Origin: Mobula hypostoma
Lineage: Eukaryota
Direction: 5' to 3'
Assembly: GCF_963921235.1 (NCBI RefSeq)
Contig: NC_086108.1
Span: forward strand, 76,324,001-76,388,000
DNA length: 64,000 bases
Part shown: in pieces, positions 24,417-37,615 of the stretch
Layout of the letters: the number at the start of each line of letters is the position of its first letter
How positions within the stretch are numbered: the first letter of the stretch is position 1
Notes under the pieces: model-generated
What the model was told of the DNA's origin: nothing
The model's input: only the letters and a program-made list of their open reading frames with translations
Databases searched by the model: none
Program-made: the position numbers and the translations under genes

Positions 24417-27400
24417 TAAGCAATCTTGCTTTCTTAAAATATGCCATTTATTACTATGATTTTGATTTCATAAGCAGGTGTGATTGACTCATTATATAAA
24501 AACTCCACCAAACAAACTGCTAAAAAATTCTGCTGATAGAATGGAAAATAAGTTAAGTCTGTGTCATTAAATTTAATTTGCCAAGTGATGTCTGCTAAAA
24601 TTGAGATTCAAACCCTAATATCACTTTTTAAGACAAATATACTGTATAAGAAATCAATTTCTAAATTTAGGCTCTTCAAGGTAAATACAAAAGTTGCCAG
24701 TAATGTTAAGATATAAACATGGTGTACTATGCTTTCCACTTAAAATATTTGCAGCTTGTTGCATATGTTCTCAAAAAACAAACTAATTTTGAGGTTCCAG
24801 TCATTTAATCAAATGTAAATAGAGCGATAAGGACTGCTGAAATTCAGTTTGAAATGCACAGGCATGAATGTCTGCAAGATGACAAAGGAGATTTGCATTG
24901 GTTAGTTCCAGAAGACAGCAGATGGAAAAATATGAAAAAACAACTTTTGCCAATTGGAAGACAGACAATCCTACCACATAAAGCTGGAATTCTTTGAATC
25001 AAGTATACTATTTATTATAAAAGTTAATTCATTAAAAAACAATTTAACAGCGTGCACAGATATCAAACAAATTGAAGTAGTTCATGAAACCGAGGACATT
25101 AGTTATTTAGATGAACAGACACTGATTTCAAAACTCAGAAATGACATGATTTAAATAGATCTAAAGTTTGTCACAGTATCAGCTCCATACTTTGAATTCA
25201 GCTACACAGAAGATTCCCATCTCTTCCACAACAATGATCTATCATAGGTTGATTACCCTTTAGAAATTCTTTTTGACTAATTTTCTGGCTCTGAGTCTAA
25301 ATAAGATGGTCTCCAGTAAGATATTGTTAAGCTAAGAGAATTGAGTTTTTTCCCCATATGTAAAGATGTCATTAACAATTACAACTATCTAGCTCTCACA
25401 CAGTATGTAGACAGAAAGAAAATAAGTAGAAGATTCATTCAGAATCATACCTATTTGTCCCTTGGTTTGGCAGAAAATGGTCAGAATGAGCGTCTTTGTG
25501 GTCTGCACCCTGTGTTAATTTTATACACACCCAGCTCTTTCAATAGCTATAATTTCTTTATCTTTGGCAATAAACCAGAGTAGGTCTTTCTCCAGTCTGG
25601 TATTATTTCCATGAGTTCTCAGTGACATGCTCTACCACAATGATATTATTCTTAGTGAACCTCAACAGGTTGGATGTAGAGATATGCCTCCATTTGTAGT
25701 GTTCACAAATTATTCTGCATAATCTTGAATGTACTGATTTACCTGCTGGCACCAAGGAGAGGCTGGTGCAGCATTCATTTCCTAGATGACCTATTCTCCT
25801 TGAATGTAACATTTTAAATGTCTCCATTACAGCATTAGTGACAATAGCTATATCTTCTTCTAACTCCTGGGACTCTCCTGAAATTGGTAGTAATATTACT
25901 ATGTTCTCCATAATGCACTGAGAGCATAAAATAATATGCTGAAAGTAAAAAACCAATGATATGTACTGCACTGTCATCAGAAACTTTTGTTTCATGTACA
26001 ATGGGCTGAATGGTCTTCTGTATCATAAATTTTCCAAGGACATTAAAATGTTTTAGAAATAATTTTTAGATAACACATCCAAAAGTAGGCTATTATACAT
26101 TTGGATTATTAGTTAAGGACATTTTAATAAATATTTGCAATTGGCAATAAGTGGCAGAATGTGATACAATTGAAATCTAACTTATGTTTCTCTTGCATTT
26201 GCCACCCTCCTGTGGTAATTTCCTAACCAATTAAATTCTGAAAGGGTTAAAGGTTTTGTAAATCAATATGCCTGTTAAAGTAGGTTTATAGTTCTGTGGG
26301 AAATTTGTACATTTGTATTATATTGCCTAGCTTATAAAACATACCCTCCTTTTAGAGAAATCACAATTAATCTATCATAGGCTAGAAGGCTTGCTTCATT
26401 AGTCAGCAGAGATAAGAATCATCAGCTAGTCTGTATGATTTGTCTAATTAGCTGCAGTTCATTTGTCATTTTCATTTTCTTTGCGCAATGCATAGCTGAA
26501 TAATCGTTGCCTTCATCAGTTGCTGAACAATGCGCCCCTTTCAAGCCATCACCATCAGTGTTGTCACTTTATCCATTATAAGATTTGGGTTTCATTTAAC
26601 CAGTAATTAAACATTACAGCCTGCACACTATTACAACAGAGGATAAGGAAGTTACTAATTACATCAGAAATGAGCCAACATTTATCTCTATTTTTTTACA
26701 TGATTTTTTTTTCCTCTGGTGTGCAAGCACATAGCTAATTTACCATTTTGAAATAATGATGACTTTCCTCCCTTGCATCTAGTACTAGTCATTTAAAATG
26801 TGTTGCCACAAAGGTAATGCACCTGAGCTGATTACTTCACTTCACCTAGAGTGAAAGGTCAATTAATTAATTCATTAACAAATACAGTTATGTTGAAAAA
26901 GATTTGAGTATTAATAAACCACAATTTATTTTTATATTAAAAATTAATAAACTTTTAGGTTTCTCATCAAAAATAACATCTCATAATATTTTCCAAATAA
27001 GCATTAATTAATATAGGTATGTGAAAATATCTATTGCTGAATATTAGTGTCTTGAAATCAGCTGCCACAAAATACCAAGTTCATTCTTGGTCTCCTGTGC
27101 TCCAGCTGCCATGAATGACTGATGGTCATGTGACAATGTGGTCAGGGCAGGGAGGTGTGCCCCAGTGAAACATTAGTTACCCATGTTTAATATTCCTTGC
27201 CTACAGAGCATAATTTTGAAGCTTTGCATAAAAAAGTACAAGTTAAAAAAATACTCAACAAAGTATTGTGTTAAATCACCTTACTGAGATATTAGGGATT
27301 TGTACCTACCTCGCTCTTTAACAGGTTTTAAAAATGTCCATACAGTGAATGACTTCAAAGTGCAAGGATGTTGCTTTTGGCATGCAATCAGATTTTACAA

Positions 27401-28044
27401 CAGCGATGAAATACATTCCAAGATTTTAAAAGATCTTTTACAGATTCATGTGTAGTTGCATATTTCAAGATAATCTACTTTTTATGTGATAGCTGAGGAA
27501 GAATTGTTGGCCACGGCACCAACAAAGCTTCTCAATTTGAACATTTTCTCTAACAAGCAGATGACAACTTAGTTTGACAATACATTGAAAGAACAGAAGC
27601 AGAATCAGAATCAGAACTCAATCCCTTTCAATACAGTAAGGAAGTGACAACCACAGGAAGAATAGAAAATTAGTCAGCAGTACTAAAGAAAATGAGAAAA
27701 ACAACTTTGGAATTTTTGCCAAAAAACATGTATTCTGGCATGCAGTTAGCACCACATACTAAAAGATACAACAGACTTAACCCTCTCTTTATGGCCAAAC
27801 TTTCCAATCTCTAACAACATTAGTAATTATTTCTAAAATGTACTGTTTAAATGGATGGTAGTAATAGATTGTATAATAGCTTTCAAAAAAAAAAATCGAA
27901 CCTATCCTGGTAAAAATATTGTTTAGAGGTTAGTGAGGAAGAGCAAGGGAGTTGGACCAACTGGATCGCTCTTTCAAAGTACCAGCACAAGCATGATGAA
28001 CTGAATGTTCTTCTGTCCTTTTCATATGCAAAAGAAAGGAATAA

Positions 28045-28185
28045 CAAGGTAGTGTTCATGGGTTCAAGGACCGCCCATAATCAAATTGTGGAGGGAAAGA
28101 AATGGTTCCTAAATCACTGAATATGGGCCTTCAGGTTCCTGTACCTCCTCTTTGATGGTAGTAATGAAAAGAGCGCATGTCCTGT
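28045..28185 (-). mobile_element. Rex1-type LINE 3' fragment
   Basis: Reverse complement caggacatgcgctcttttcattactaccatcaaagaggaggtacaggaacctgaagg matches the GHALF.LLPS.RRYR.L motif. Confidence 0.65.
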
Positions 28186-28531
28186 AACATCCACAGTCTT
28201 GCGTGTCTTCCGATGCTGGGAGATGATGGGTGGAAACAACAAAGGGCTGCAGATTATGGAATTTGATAAGAAAAGGGGAGGACCGGAACCAGATAAGATT
28301 GGGATAAATTGGGATAGTGTGCAGATGGGAACAGAGGGGAGAGGGGAAGGGATAGGGGTCTGATTGTACTAAATATTTCATGCATTCACCAACAAAGTAC
28401 AAATGTCATTAATGTTTTCACCCCAAGCATTGCATCAGTGAAGTGTTCGAGAGTGTTTTACATAGGCCAAGCCCCTCAGTGTTCAGTAGAGGCAGCATGT
28501 TTCCTCATAGAGCCTTAATGGTGGTGGCACC

Positions 28532-29409
28532 TGTTAGATACCCCATGGGTATCTTGTGACTGTCTTATGAGCATGATGTAATGGTCTTGCAGAGGTCATG
28601 ATGTAATTTTCCCTCCAGTGTGAGGTCACATGATGACCTGTTCTCAACAGGTATATAAAGGGAGACCCCGGGGTGACGCAGTTAGTTTTTCCAGTTCAGT
28701 TTTGTGTTACTTCGTCAATTACTCCATATTGCTGCGTATTCGTTTTATGACGCAGTTTCATTTTAAAAGGAGTTTTACTTTCTATTGTAAGGTAAAAAGG
28801 TTGTGCTGGCAGTTTCACAAATCGCTGCCAGCTTTGTTGGTATATCTTTGATTTACCTTTTCAGTAGTATTGGAGAGTGAAGGCTTTATTAAAGGACAGG
28901 AACCTGAAGGATCCGAATAAAGTTGGAGTCGTTGGGCGGCTTTATAAAGGATCGACCTTATTGAGGATTCGTTTCAGAAATGGTGACCTGTATCTGAGAT
29001 AACTCAAGCAAGAGCAGGAAAGTTTGAGCAGTGTCTACTTTCCAGCAAAAGGTCAGTTTTATTTTAAGCCGTTTTATTTCCTTCGTCGTGAATCCTTTGG
29101 AGAATCAGCAGTAACATCACGTCTTTGAAGAAATCTGTTTCCAGAGAAGTCTCTCCTTGTTGACTGTGTAAATCACTTGGACTCTCGAATTTACCATTTT
29201 AAGACAGGGTTCGAATTTACCACTTTAAGAACTGTTTTCGCATTTACCCTTTTAAGAACTGTTCCAGAGTTGCCGTATAGCAGTTAACTTCCGGTTGAGT
29301 TAGTCGCTTGAATACTTTTCACTATTTGTTGAGCAGAGTTTAATAAATGTTTACATTTGTTTATAAAATCTGCCTCAATTCATAATTCATTGTTGCCGAT
29401 CACGTAACA
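28532..29409 (+). mobile_element. Solo LTR (about 878 bp)
   Basis: Inverted termini TGTTA...TAACA; flanks cacc (28528-28531) / cact (29410-29413) form an imperfect 4-bp TSD; TATATAAA at 28652; AATAAA at 29342; visibly more CpG than the flanks. Confidence 0.75.
29185..29263. repeat. Tandem repeat, three 26-27 bp units inside the solo LTR
   Basis: Units tcgaatttaccattttaaga..., tcgaatttaccactttaaga..., tcgcatttaccctttta... start at 29185, 29211 and 29238. Confidence 0.8.
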
Positions 29410-29802
29410 CACTGAACTTCAGTATATCACATTCAACTCTTCTGTGCCTTGGAATGCGAGCATCTCCTTGCACTGGTTGGTAAGAGTTTATCTTTAAAGA
29501 CTAATACCAAATACGATCATTTTAATTCACATAATTACCAAGAGTACTAACTGGTGCTCTGTAACTGAAGGGCTATGGAAGATCTGCTGTTCAGTGAATA
29601 CAAGATAGAAATTGACAGAATTCGAGATATTAACTCAATCCAGGGATATGGGGACAGGGAAGGAAAAGACTGAGGTACAAGACTGGCATAAGTTTGACAA
29701 TACCACATGGTATACTCCTGCTCCTAATGCTCATGTTCCTTGATTCTGCTCTAAATTCTAAAATAAAGTTCATGCAAGAAAAGCAAACCCACAAAACCAT
29801 AA

Positions 29803-30025
29803 AGTGGCTAATGGACGCGGTGGGACGCGACCTGGACTTTGCATTCAGCTATTTGGATGACATCCTCATAGCCAGCAGTAGTCGTCAGGAGCATCTGTCC
29901 CACCTCCGCCAGCTCTACTCCCGCCTGAGTGAATTCGGCCTTACAATCAACCCGGTCAAATGCCAGTTCGGACTCGACACCATTGACTTCCTGGGCCACA
30001 GGATTACTAAAGACAGGGCAACCCC
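29803..30025 (+). mobile_element. Isolated Gypsy RT fragment
   Basis: LMDAVGRDLDFAFSYLDDILIASSSRQEHLSHLRQLYSRLSEFGLTINPVKCQFGLDTIDFLGHRIT contains the YLDD and FLGH motifs. Confidence 0.92.
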
Positions 30026-30632
30026 AAACTGGACTGGTCAAAGAACACTGAGGCTGACTACAAGAAGGGTCAGAGCCTGAGGAGACTGAGGTCCTTTAAC
30101 ATCTGCCGGATGATGCTGAGGATGTTCTACGAGTCTGTGGTGGCCAGTGCTATCATGTTTACTGTTGTGTGCTGGGGCAGCAGGCTGAAGGTAGCAGACA
30201 CCAACAGAATCAACAAACTCATTCGTAAGGCCAGTGATGTTGTGGGGATGGAACTGGACTCTCTCACGGTGGTGTCTGAAAAGAGGATGCTATCTAAGTT
30301 GCATCCCATCTTGGTCAATGTCTCCCATCCACTACATAATGTACTGGGTGGGCACAGGAGTACATTCAGCCAGAGACTCATTCCACCGAGATGCAGCACA
30401 GAGCGTCATAGGAAGTCATTCCTGCCTGTGACCATCAAACTTTACAACTCCTCCCTTGGAGGGTCAGACACCCTGAGCCAATAGGCTGGTCCTGGACTTA
30501 TTTCATAATTTACTGGCATAATTTACATATTACTATTTAAATATTTATAGTTCTATTACTATTTATTATTTATGGTGCAACTGTAACGTAAACCAATTTC
30601 CCCCGGGATCAATAAAGTATGACTATGACTAT
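30026..30632 (+). mobile_element. Rex1/Babar-type LINE 3' end
   Basis: KLDWSKNT...LRRLRSFNICRMMLRMFYESVVASAIMF...HRKSFLPVTIKLYN; tail aataaag(tatgac)n. Confidence 0.9.
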
Positions 30633-32089
30633 CTTCAATCCACACTTCACTCTCACCACCATCCCAACCATCATCTGCCCCTACCCCATCTCCACCCGCT
30701 AAAATCATTATAATGGTCTTCAGCACAAGAGACAAGCAGCATACAAAAAGAAAACTGTACACTTTACCAAGAGTTAGAAAAATGAAAACAAGTCAAAAAC
30801 ATACAAAGAACACAAAAGTATGTTCATTATAATAATGTAAAATATGAAGACACTGACATGGCTTCCAGTGGGATTTGTATTTGTGAATATATTTCTGCTT
30901 GGTCCAATTTGTCTTCTACAGTTTTGATTTCTAGTGCAGCTTAATAAAAACCTTCACAAATATCCAGGCTTCCTTTAAGACAAAGAACAACAAACAAAGG
31001 CTGAAGGGGAATTGTGATGTGCAAATAATCTGCATGTGTTGATAGCAAAGGAACCAGTGTCAACTTTGTGTGCTCATTATAATAATATCAGCTTTCAGCC
31101 AGTAGTAACTGCGCCATTGGTCAGACTCACCAACAAGGGGCCAATGCCATGACAGCAAGTGCACTTGTAAAGTTTATAGGCAGTGCAACTGACATCTTAG
31201 TGAAGGACTTGCAAAACAAAACAGATCAATTGCAGTTTTACAGGCTGAGAAGCTCCAGTGAAGTCTACTTCTGTGCTTCACCTATAGCAGCACCAGCAGA
31301 AACCTACTTTAACAGGATAGAAGGCTGAGTCAGCACTCAACAGTATGCAAGATATGCCAGGAACTCGCTGAAAATTTGTGTTTTTGCCTCCAATCACACT
31401 TGAAGGGATCGAGAAAATGCTGAATGCAAGCTGTGGACTATGAAAATCAGAACAATGAAGTTACAGTGGGTTTTGCTTTGCAACTATGGCTTTGTGGAAT
31501 ATTTCTACCTCGAAAGAGCTAGTCTTCATATTGATTTTATAGTGACTCACTGAGTCTGAACTATGTCCTGAGAAGGGTATATATATATAGATCCGTAAGG
31601 ATCAAAGGAAATTCTTCAGTTGTTATTGGTTGTAACAGTGAGTTACTGCCTCAGCCACAGAGTTACTATAGTCAGGATAGGCTGCAGTAAGGAGAAGGGG
31701 TTAGTCACTACCAAAATACCACCGGAACACAGGCTGTAGTCAAGAAAAGGAGCTAGCTATTCCTTAAGAACCGAAGGACCACCCGGACAGAAGATAATTG
31801 AGGTGTAGTCAGGAAAGTGAAATGGCTGTTCATGGAAAGTAATTTCACATGATCGATAGAAAAATCTTGATTTTAGCTCACAGCATAGTGAGCTAAAGAG
31901 TCTAAAAGGAAATCCTGGTGTCAGTTGTTTGTTGCTAAGATTGGAACAATCACTCAACCTCAAATAAATGTATTTCTCTGTAGAATAAGGAATTTTGGTT
32001 TGTTTTCATTTACTAAAAGATCCCAAGCTGGACCTCTGTTTAGCAGATGTTAATTACCAATCTGTTGTAAAATGATTTTAACTTAAAAA

Positions 32090-32313
32090 TACAGCACAAT
32101 AACAGGACCTTCTAGTCTGGTGCCCAACTACATCAATGTGATCAATTAACCTACTAACACATACGTCTTTGGAATGTGGAAGGAAACTGGAGCATATGGA
32201 GGAAACCCACGTGGTCATGGGGAGAATGTACAAACTCCTTACAGACAGCGGTGGAATTGGACTCGGGTTGCAGGTGCTGTAATAGTATTACACTAAAAGC
32301 TATGCTACCATAC
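32090..32313 (-). mobile_element. V-SINE/HE1-like SINE
   Basis: tctttggaatgtggaaggaaactggagca...ggaggaaacccacgtggtcatggggagaatgtacaaactccttacagacag is the reverse complement of the V-domain motif; tRNA-like head at the right end. Confidence 0.8.
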
Positions 32314-32444
32314 CGAAAATTTAGGATACAGGTCCCATACAACCTTTGTATAACAAAATCCTGTGCACCATTTGCCTTCTTAAATTGCTTGCTTTAGTAA
32401 ACTAACATTAGCTTGTTTCTCAACTATTTAAAATGTAAAACATA

Positions 32445-32549
32445 AACACAAGAGATTCTGCAGATGCTGAAAATCCAGAGCAACAAACACAAAATGCTGG
32501 AGGAATTCAGCAGGTAAGGCAGCATCCATGGAGAGGTTTCATCAGGACA
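32445..32549 (-). mobile_element. Penelope-like tail fragment
   Basis: agattctgcagatgctg...aaaatgctggaggaattcagcagg...gcagcatc...ttcatcaggac is the reverse complement of the tail with an internal deletion. Confidence 0.7.
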
Positions 32550-34992
32550 TTTAATGCACTTAAAATGAATTTTCCAAGAAAATATTTGACATCTCAAAGC
32601 ATGAAGGTCGGATGGTTGTGTAAATCAGATGGTGTTGTTCAAGGGTCTGCCACTAAAGCGTGAGAAAACATGGACTTTTGAAAAGACATTGCAAATGCAA
32701 GGTCTTTCCTTTGCAAGATCTTAAGCTGTTGATGAAGTCAGAGCCAAGGTCAGCTCTGAGGAGAGCTGTTGCAGGGGCAATGTAAGGACAATTCATGAAC
32801 AAGAAAATGGTCGCATATTCTGAGGGAGGATGAGAGATGGGAATAGTCACACCAAAGGAGTCAGGATGATCAGTAATTAGGGACTTGAGTTTTTGGTTGG
32901 CTGAGAGGGGTGGTATGATCTGCAAGTTGGGTTAGGTGGGTGGGGATGGTGGGAGATAACTAAAGGAGACAAAGGAACATTTCTAATTTTAAAAGGGGAA
33001 CTCGTTGGGTTTCCAGCATTATTAAGTGAACTGTGCAGCAACACTCCCTCTAAGCTATTTAGAAGCATGATTCACAGGACTGTAGAAAACTACTGCTGCA
33101 CAGAAACTTGCAGGTTGACTGTGCAAGTGCCGTTGTAGGTTTTGGACTTTTGTCCATCTAGGCATATGCTTCAAGCTTTTAAATTCAGTACCATTGCATG
33201 TGTTTAAGAAACCTAGATAGTAATAGGTAAAACCTGGACATTTATTGTTAAGGAATTTGTTTGTCCATTAAGTAAATAAGATGTACTGAGGACATGCAGA
33301 GTCTGAACAATGATACATTTTCCACTCTTTCCTTGATTTCACTGATTCTGGCTGCACTCTTTATAGCACGTCAGCTATTTTATCTTTTGTCACGATTTGC
33401 ATAACATCTCATTTTCCTCTGAATCAAATACAATAAAGACCTTCACAGCAAATATGAATGAGTCCCTAATGTCTGCAGCAAAACATAGCTGAGAGCTGTA
33501 ACCAGCCATCTTTATCAGTGTAAGGTAAATTCACTGTGTATGCAGTCCCAATGCAAAGTTATCTCCAAAAGGAATGCAACTTACAAAATTGAAGCTCTGG
33601 CATTGTATGTGGTAGCAAGAAATTTATTCCATTATTTAAATACCATGAATGTCTAAGTCAATTTTAATTACAAAAGTTTTTCATTTCTTAAATCATGCTG
33701 GCTTGCATCAACAACACTTGCATATATACACGTATAGTGCCTTTTGTATTGTAGTACTGTATATCCAGAGACAATTAAGATCTACTTAATTAGTTAGCAT
33801 GTTGTATGAATGAGCAAAAAGAGACTTCTGAGCATTTAAGCCACCTAATTGGGTGGTTAGAGGCACATTCGCATTGCCAACAGCCTGTCATTAAAACTAA
33901 TTTTTGTTTTCTTCTTTGCTAAGAAGGAATGATAAAATGCCATTCTACCATGTGGATGCAAGTCACATCAAACAAAACACAAACTCTTAAAAGGATTGAT
34001 TATTTACCAGATGTAGTCATTTTGGTTTGATACCAACTTTGGAAGAAATGGAAAGTACTTGACTAAGGTAATAAGTCTATTTAATTAATGTAACTAGAAA
34101 TTTAGTCATTATCCTCAGGTGAATTTACAGTTTTTGTTCTGTTGCATGCATATTTTATAGCTTTCCAACTTACTTTTTTCTTCAAAACAATTCCCCATAC
34201 AATGCCACCAATATTTGTGACTTATACAGTAATAATCACATATCAAGAATATAAATTGTAGTGTACAGGATACTGCTATACTACCATATTGTCAGAGTTT
34301 CTGTATTTTAAAAGGTGTCGGGAAACAGAATCCTCTTGTCTTTGGGCTGTGAATTTAAATCCAGTTTGTAATGATGTTATACATGCTGTTTATCATCTGT
34401 TGAAGGGTTAAATGAAATGCATTTGGGGAGTTCCTACTGGGTGCAGGTCAGTAGTGCAAACATTCCCATAATTCAAATCCAGCTAGCAAATCCATTGAGA
34501 GAGGACTTAAGAAAAATAGAAATTGGCAATAAATAAAATGCCTAATACTTAACAATACACAATAATACAAATAAAAACAGACAGAGTTTTAGTGGACAGA
34601 ATAATGAATTCTTCAAACAAAAACAGGTGGATGAGAAATTTAATGCCATTCTTAACCACTTGTTTGGGCGTAAATTTTTTTTTGTCTTTCAAATTTCAAT
34701 TTATCATTTTCTTGCAACTGGTATTAGAAGCAGGCACCTTTTAGAAGTCAAGGATACCTCAGGGAGATAAGCAAGTTCCTTCTTCCTTACTTTCGTTACA
34801 AAGTCTGCATTACACAAGCACAACCTAATAAAAGCAAGTGTTTTAGCTACCAATACTTCAATTAGCTAGTCAAAGTTGCTCACTAAATGAACACAAAGAT
34901 TTTTCATATTACATTTCTGTGAAGCAAGGTGGATTATGGATGCTTCTAGATTCTGAAAATACTGAGATATGTTACTGTCTTCACGCACACAA

Positions 34993-35312
34993 TGGCACAG
35001 TAGTGTAGTGGTTAGCTTAACGCTCCACAATACCTGCTGTAAGATGAGGGTCCAATTCATGCCACTGTCTGTACGGAATTTTCACGTTCTCCCTGTGACC
35101 GCATGGATTTCCTCCTGGTTCTCTGGTTTCCTCACTTTCCAAAAACATACTAATTAGGGTTAGTAAATTGCGGTCTTACTATATTGGTGCTGGAACCATG
35201 GGGCAACACTGTGGGATGCCCCAGCACATCTCAGACTGCATTGGTTGTTCACACAAACAGTGCATTTCACTCAATGTTGTGATGCACTTGTAACAAATAA
35301 GTCTAATCTTTC
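34993..35312 (+). mobile_element. tRNA-derived V-SINE/HE1-like SINE
   Basis: Box A-like tagtgtagtggtt, box B-like gggtccaattc, V-domain acgttctccctgtgaccgcatggatttcctcc...ggtttcctc, tail aaataagtctaatctt. Confidence 0.8.
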
Positions 35313-37615
35313 TCCCTGCTCTGATCCCCAAGTCTTCCATTCCTCCTCCTCTTTCTACTCTCCATTCCCTATACTCCTCCTATTACCTTAACTCATGCTT
35401 CCTTTCCCAAACAGACCTGCTCATTTGTTGCAACTCAATGGACAAGCTGCATCAAATTGCCAGCTTGGAAACTATGGGTTGCTACTGTCACTTAAATGAG
35501 GCAAAAGCCTGTCAAGGTTCAGGCCCCTTGTTAGCACACAGACTCTTATTTCCATTTTGTACTCAGTGGCTAATGCAGCTTGAATTTCTGACCTCTATAT
35601 TCAATATATGACCAAGTAACCACTGATAAATCCAGCTATAACAGTTTTTTTTAAAAATCAACTCACTCAGTTTTTTCCCTGAATCAACCTAAAAATACAT
35701 TCCAGAATTTAAATACTATTTACATCTCACTTTAGTTATCATAATTTTTAATTGAAGAACAAGAACTGTGATCTGAAATAGCAGATCTAACTCTAAATTT
35801 ATTCACAGTGCCTAATTGTACTAACCTCTCACCTTCACTTTGATTTAGCTCTAAACATGCATAATAACATTCTCCTTTAAAGGATGAAGACCTCCTTTCC
35901 ACTAACTAGCAGCCATATTCTACTCATTAAAAACAATGCACTCTATTTTCAAATCCTTCATAAGGTGAGGATTCCAATTTGTACCCAGCATCGCTGCCTT
36001 ATTATAGAAGCCTTTTTTTTAAACCAATGACATTGCTGCTAACCTTGAACTAGAGTTTAGTGATGAGTTGAGAATATTGATAGTTAAGAACAAAAGGGAG
36101 AGTTAAATTTAAATGAATAAACCTAAATGAAGTTCAATTATCTCCCATCTCTGGTTTTGTTCATAATCCGTTGCTTGCCTACTCGCAGGCCACAAATGAA
36201 TCCTACACATCACCTTATCTCTTCTGTCAATCAGGCCTTAGACCATTATGCCTCAAATCGCACCATCAGATGGAAGCAATTTGCATAATATTGCCTGTGA
36301 AGACAGAGGGATCAACAGGGGTCAGAGTCGAACATCACCAGTGCAGTCTATCTCCTCAGCTAATTTGGCCCTTACTGATCTCTCTCTGATTTTTTTTTGT
36401 CATTTTGTCTGTAATATGTGATGTCCAAAAAGGAGTGAGATTGCAGGGACCGATGTCTTTAACTAAAGACTAATCCAGGTACTCTGTTCAGGGTCCAAGA
36501 ACCAAGACATCCTAATTATCTCTTTTTGATGAGCTCCAAGACACAGTAGCAGTAACTTGTAAGAATTTAGTGAGAATAAAAAAGGACTTCTAAAGCATAT
36601 CCTTCTGTTCCTTTTCCCCTTTCTGACATTGTGCCAGTTGTTAATTAGACCTGTGACACTAACTAAATGTGGCCTGGCTGCTTTGTGACTAATATTGTCA
36701 GAAGTTTGCTCCCGAGCACCAAAGTGGAAGCTGAATCACATTAGATGACTGCAATGTCACTGATGACCCATGCAGATACAAGGTCTGTGCAGGCTAAACT
36801 TTTTACTTTTAATCAGAGGTTTTGGATAGTGCATTTAAATCAATGTCCAAATATGCCCACTGACAGACCTTGTGCTGTACTGTAAATAGCATCAAATGGA
36901 GGGAAACGCCACAAAGAACTGCCACACTTTAGAGTAAACTTCACTAGCAATAGGATCAGAAATGATAAGACAGAGATTTAAAATAATTGGCTAAAGAAGT
37001 GGAAGCACCATAAGGAAAAAAATCTGTAGCAGGCTGTTATTATCGGGCATGCACTGCCTGAAACGACAGAAACAGATTCAATAGTGAGTGTTAAAAGATA
37101 ATTGAATTTATAGTTGAAGGGGAAATATTTCAGGAAAGTGGGACTAATTGGACAGCATGTTCAAAGAGATGACACAGATACAATGTGGCTAAATAGCACC
37201 TTCTCCTATAGATAATTTAATGATTCCATTAATTTCCAATTCTGTACAAAAGAATTCATACATCCACATGCTATGGATGTAACATAGGATTACCTTCCAA
37301 AATTGGACAATTACTTAATCTCAATATTAAACCGGCATCCCTTTGTGGTTAACATAACACTTTACAGCACCTGGGTTGATTGTAAATTGTGGGCCTGTGT
37401 AAGCTAGGTATAGCATAATAATTCAGGTACACACTTCTCTTCACAAACATTGACTAATCTGATCTCTCATACATGCTGATTGGTCTGTTTAAAAGATATA
37501 TCAATTATGTTCCACTTCAGATCTTTAGCACTTGCTATGTTTTACACTTTGCTTAATCAATTTGCACAATTTAATCATAATGTGTTCAGGTATTCTTTTC
37601 TTGATGTAATGATGA

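Noticed and set aside
29185..29263. CRISPR-like array
   Set aside because: Three contiguous units without unique spacers, inside an LTR, in eukaryotic DNA with no cas genes.
32650..33070. Possible old L2-like LINE fragment on the minus strand
   Set aside because: The purine-rich pattern is suggestive but no diagnostic motif is readable. Similarly faint CR1-like relics at about 12, 27.9, 29.6, 37.1, 40.2 and 50.7-52.2 kb were left unannotated.
34993..35065. tRNA gene
   Set aside because: The box A/B-like motifs are the head of a SINE and no cloverleaf can be formed.
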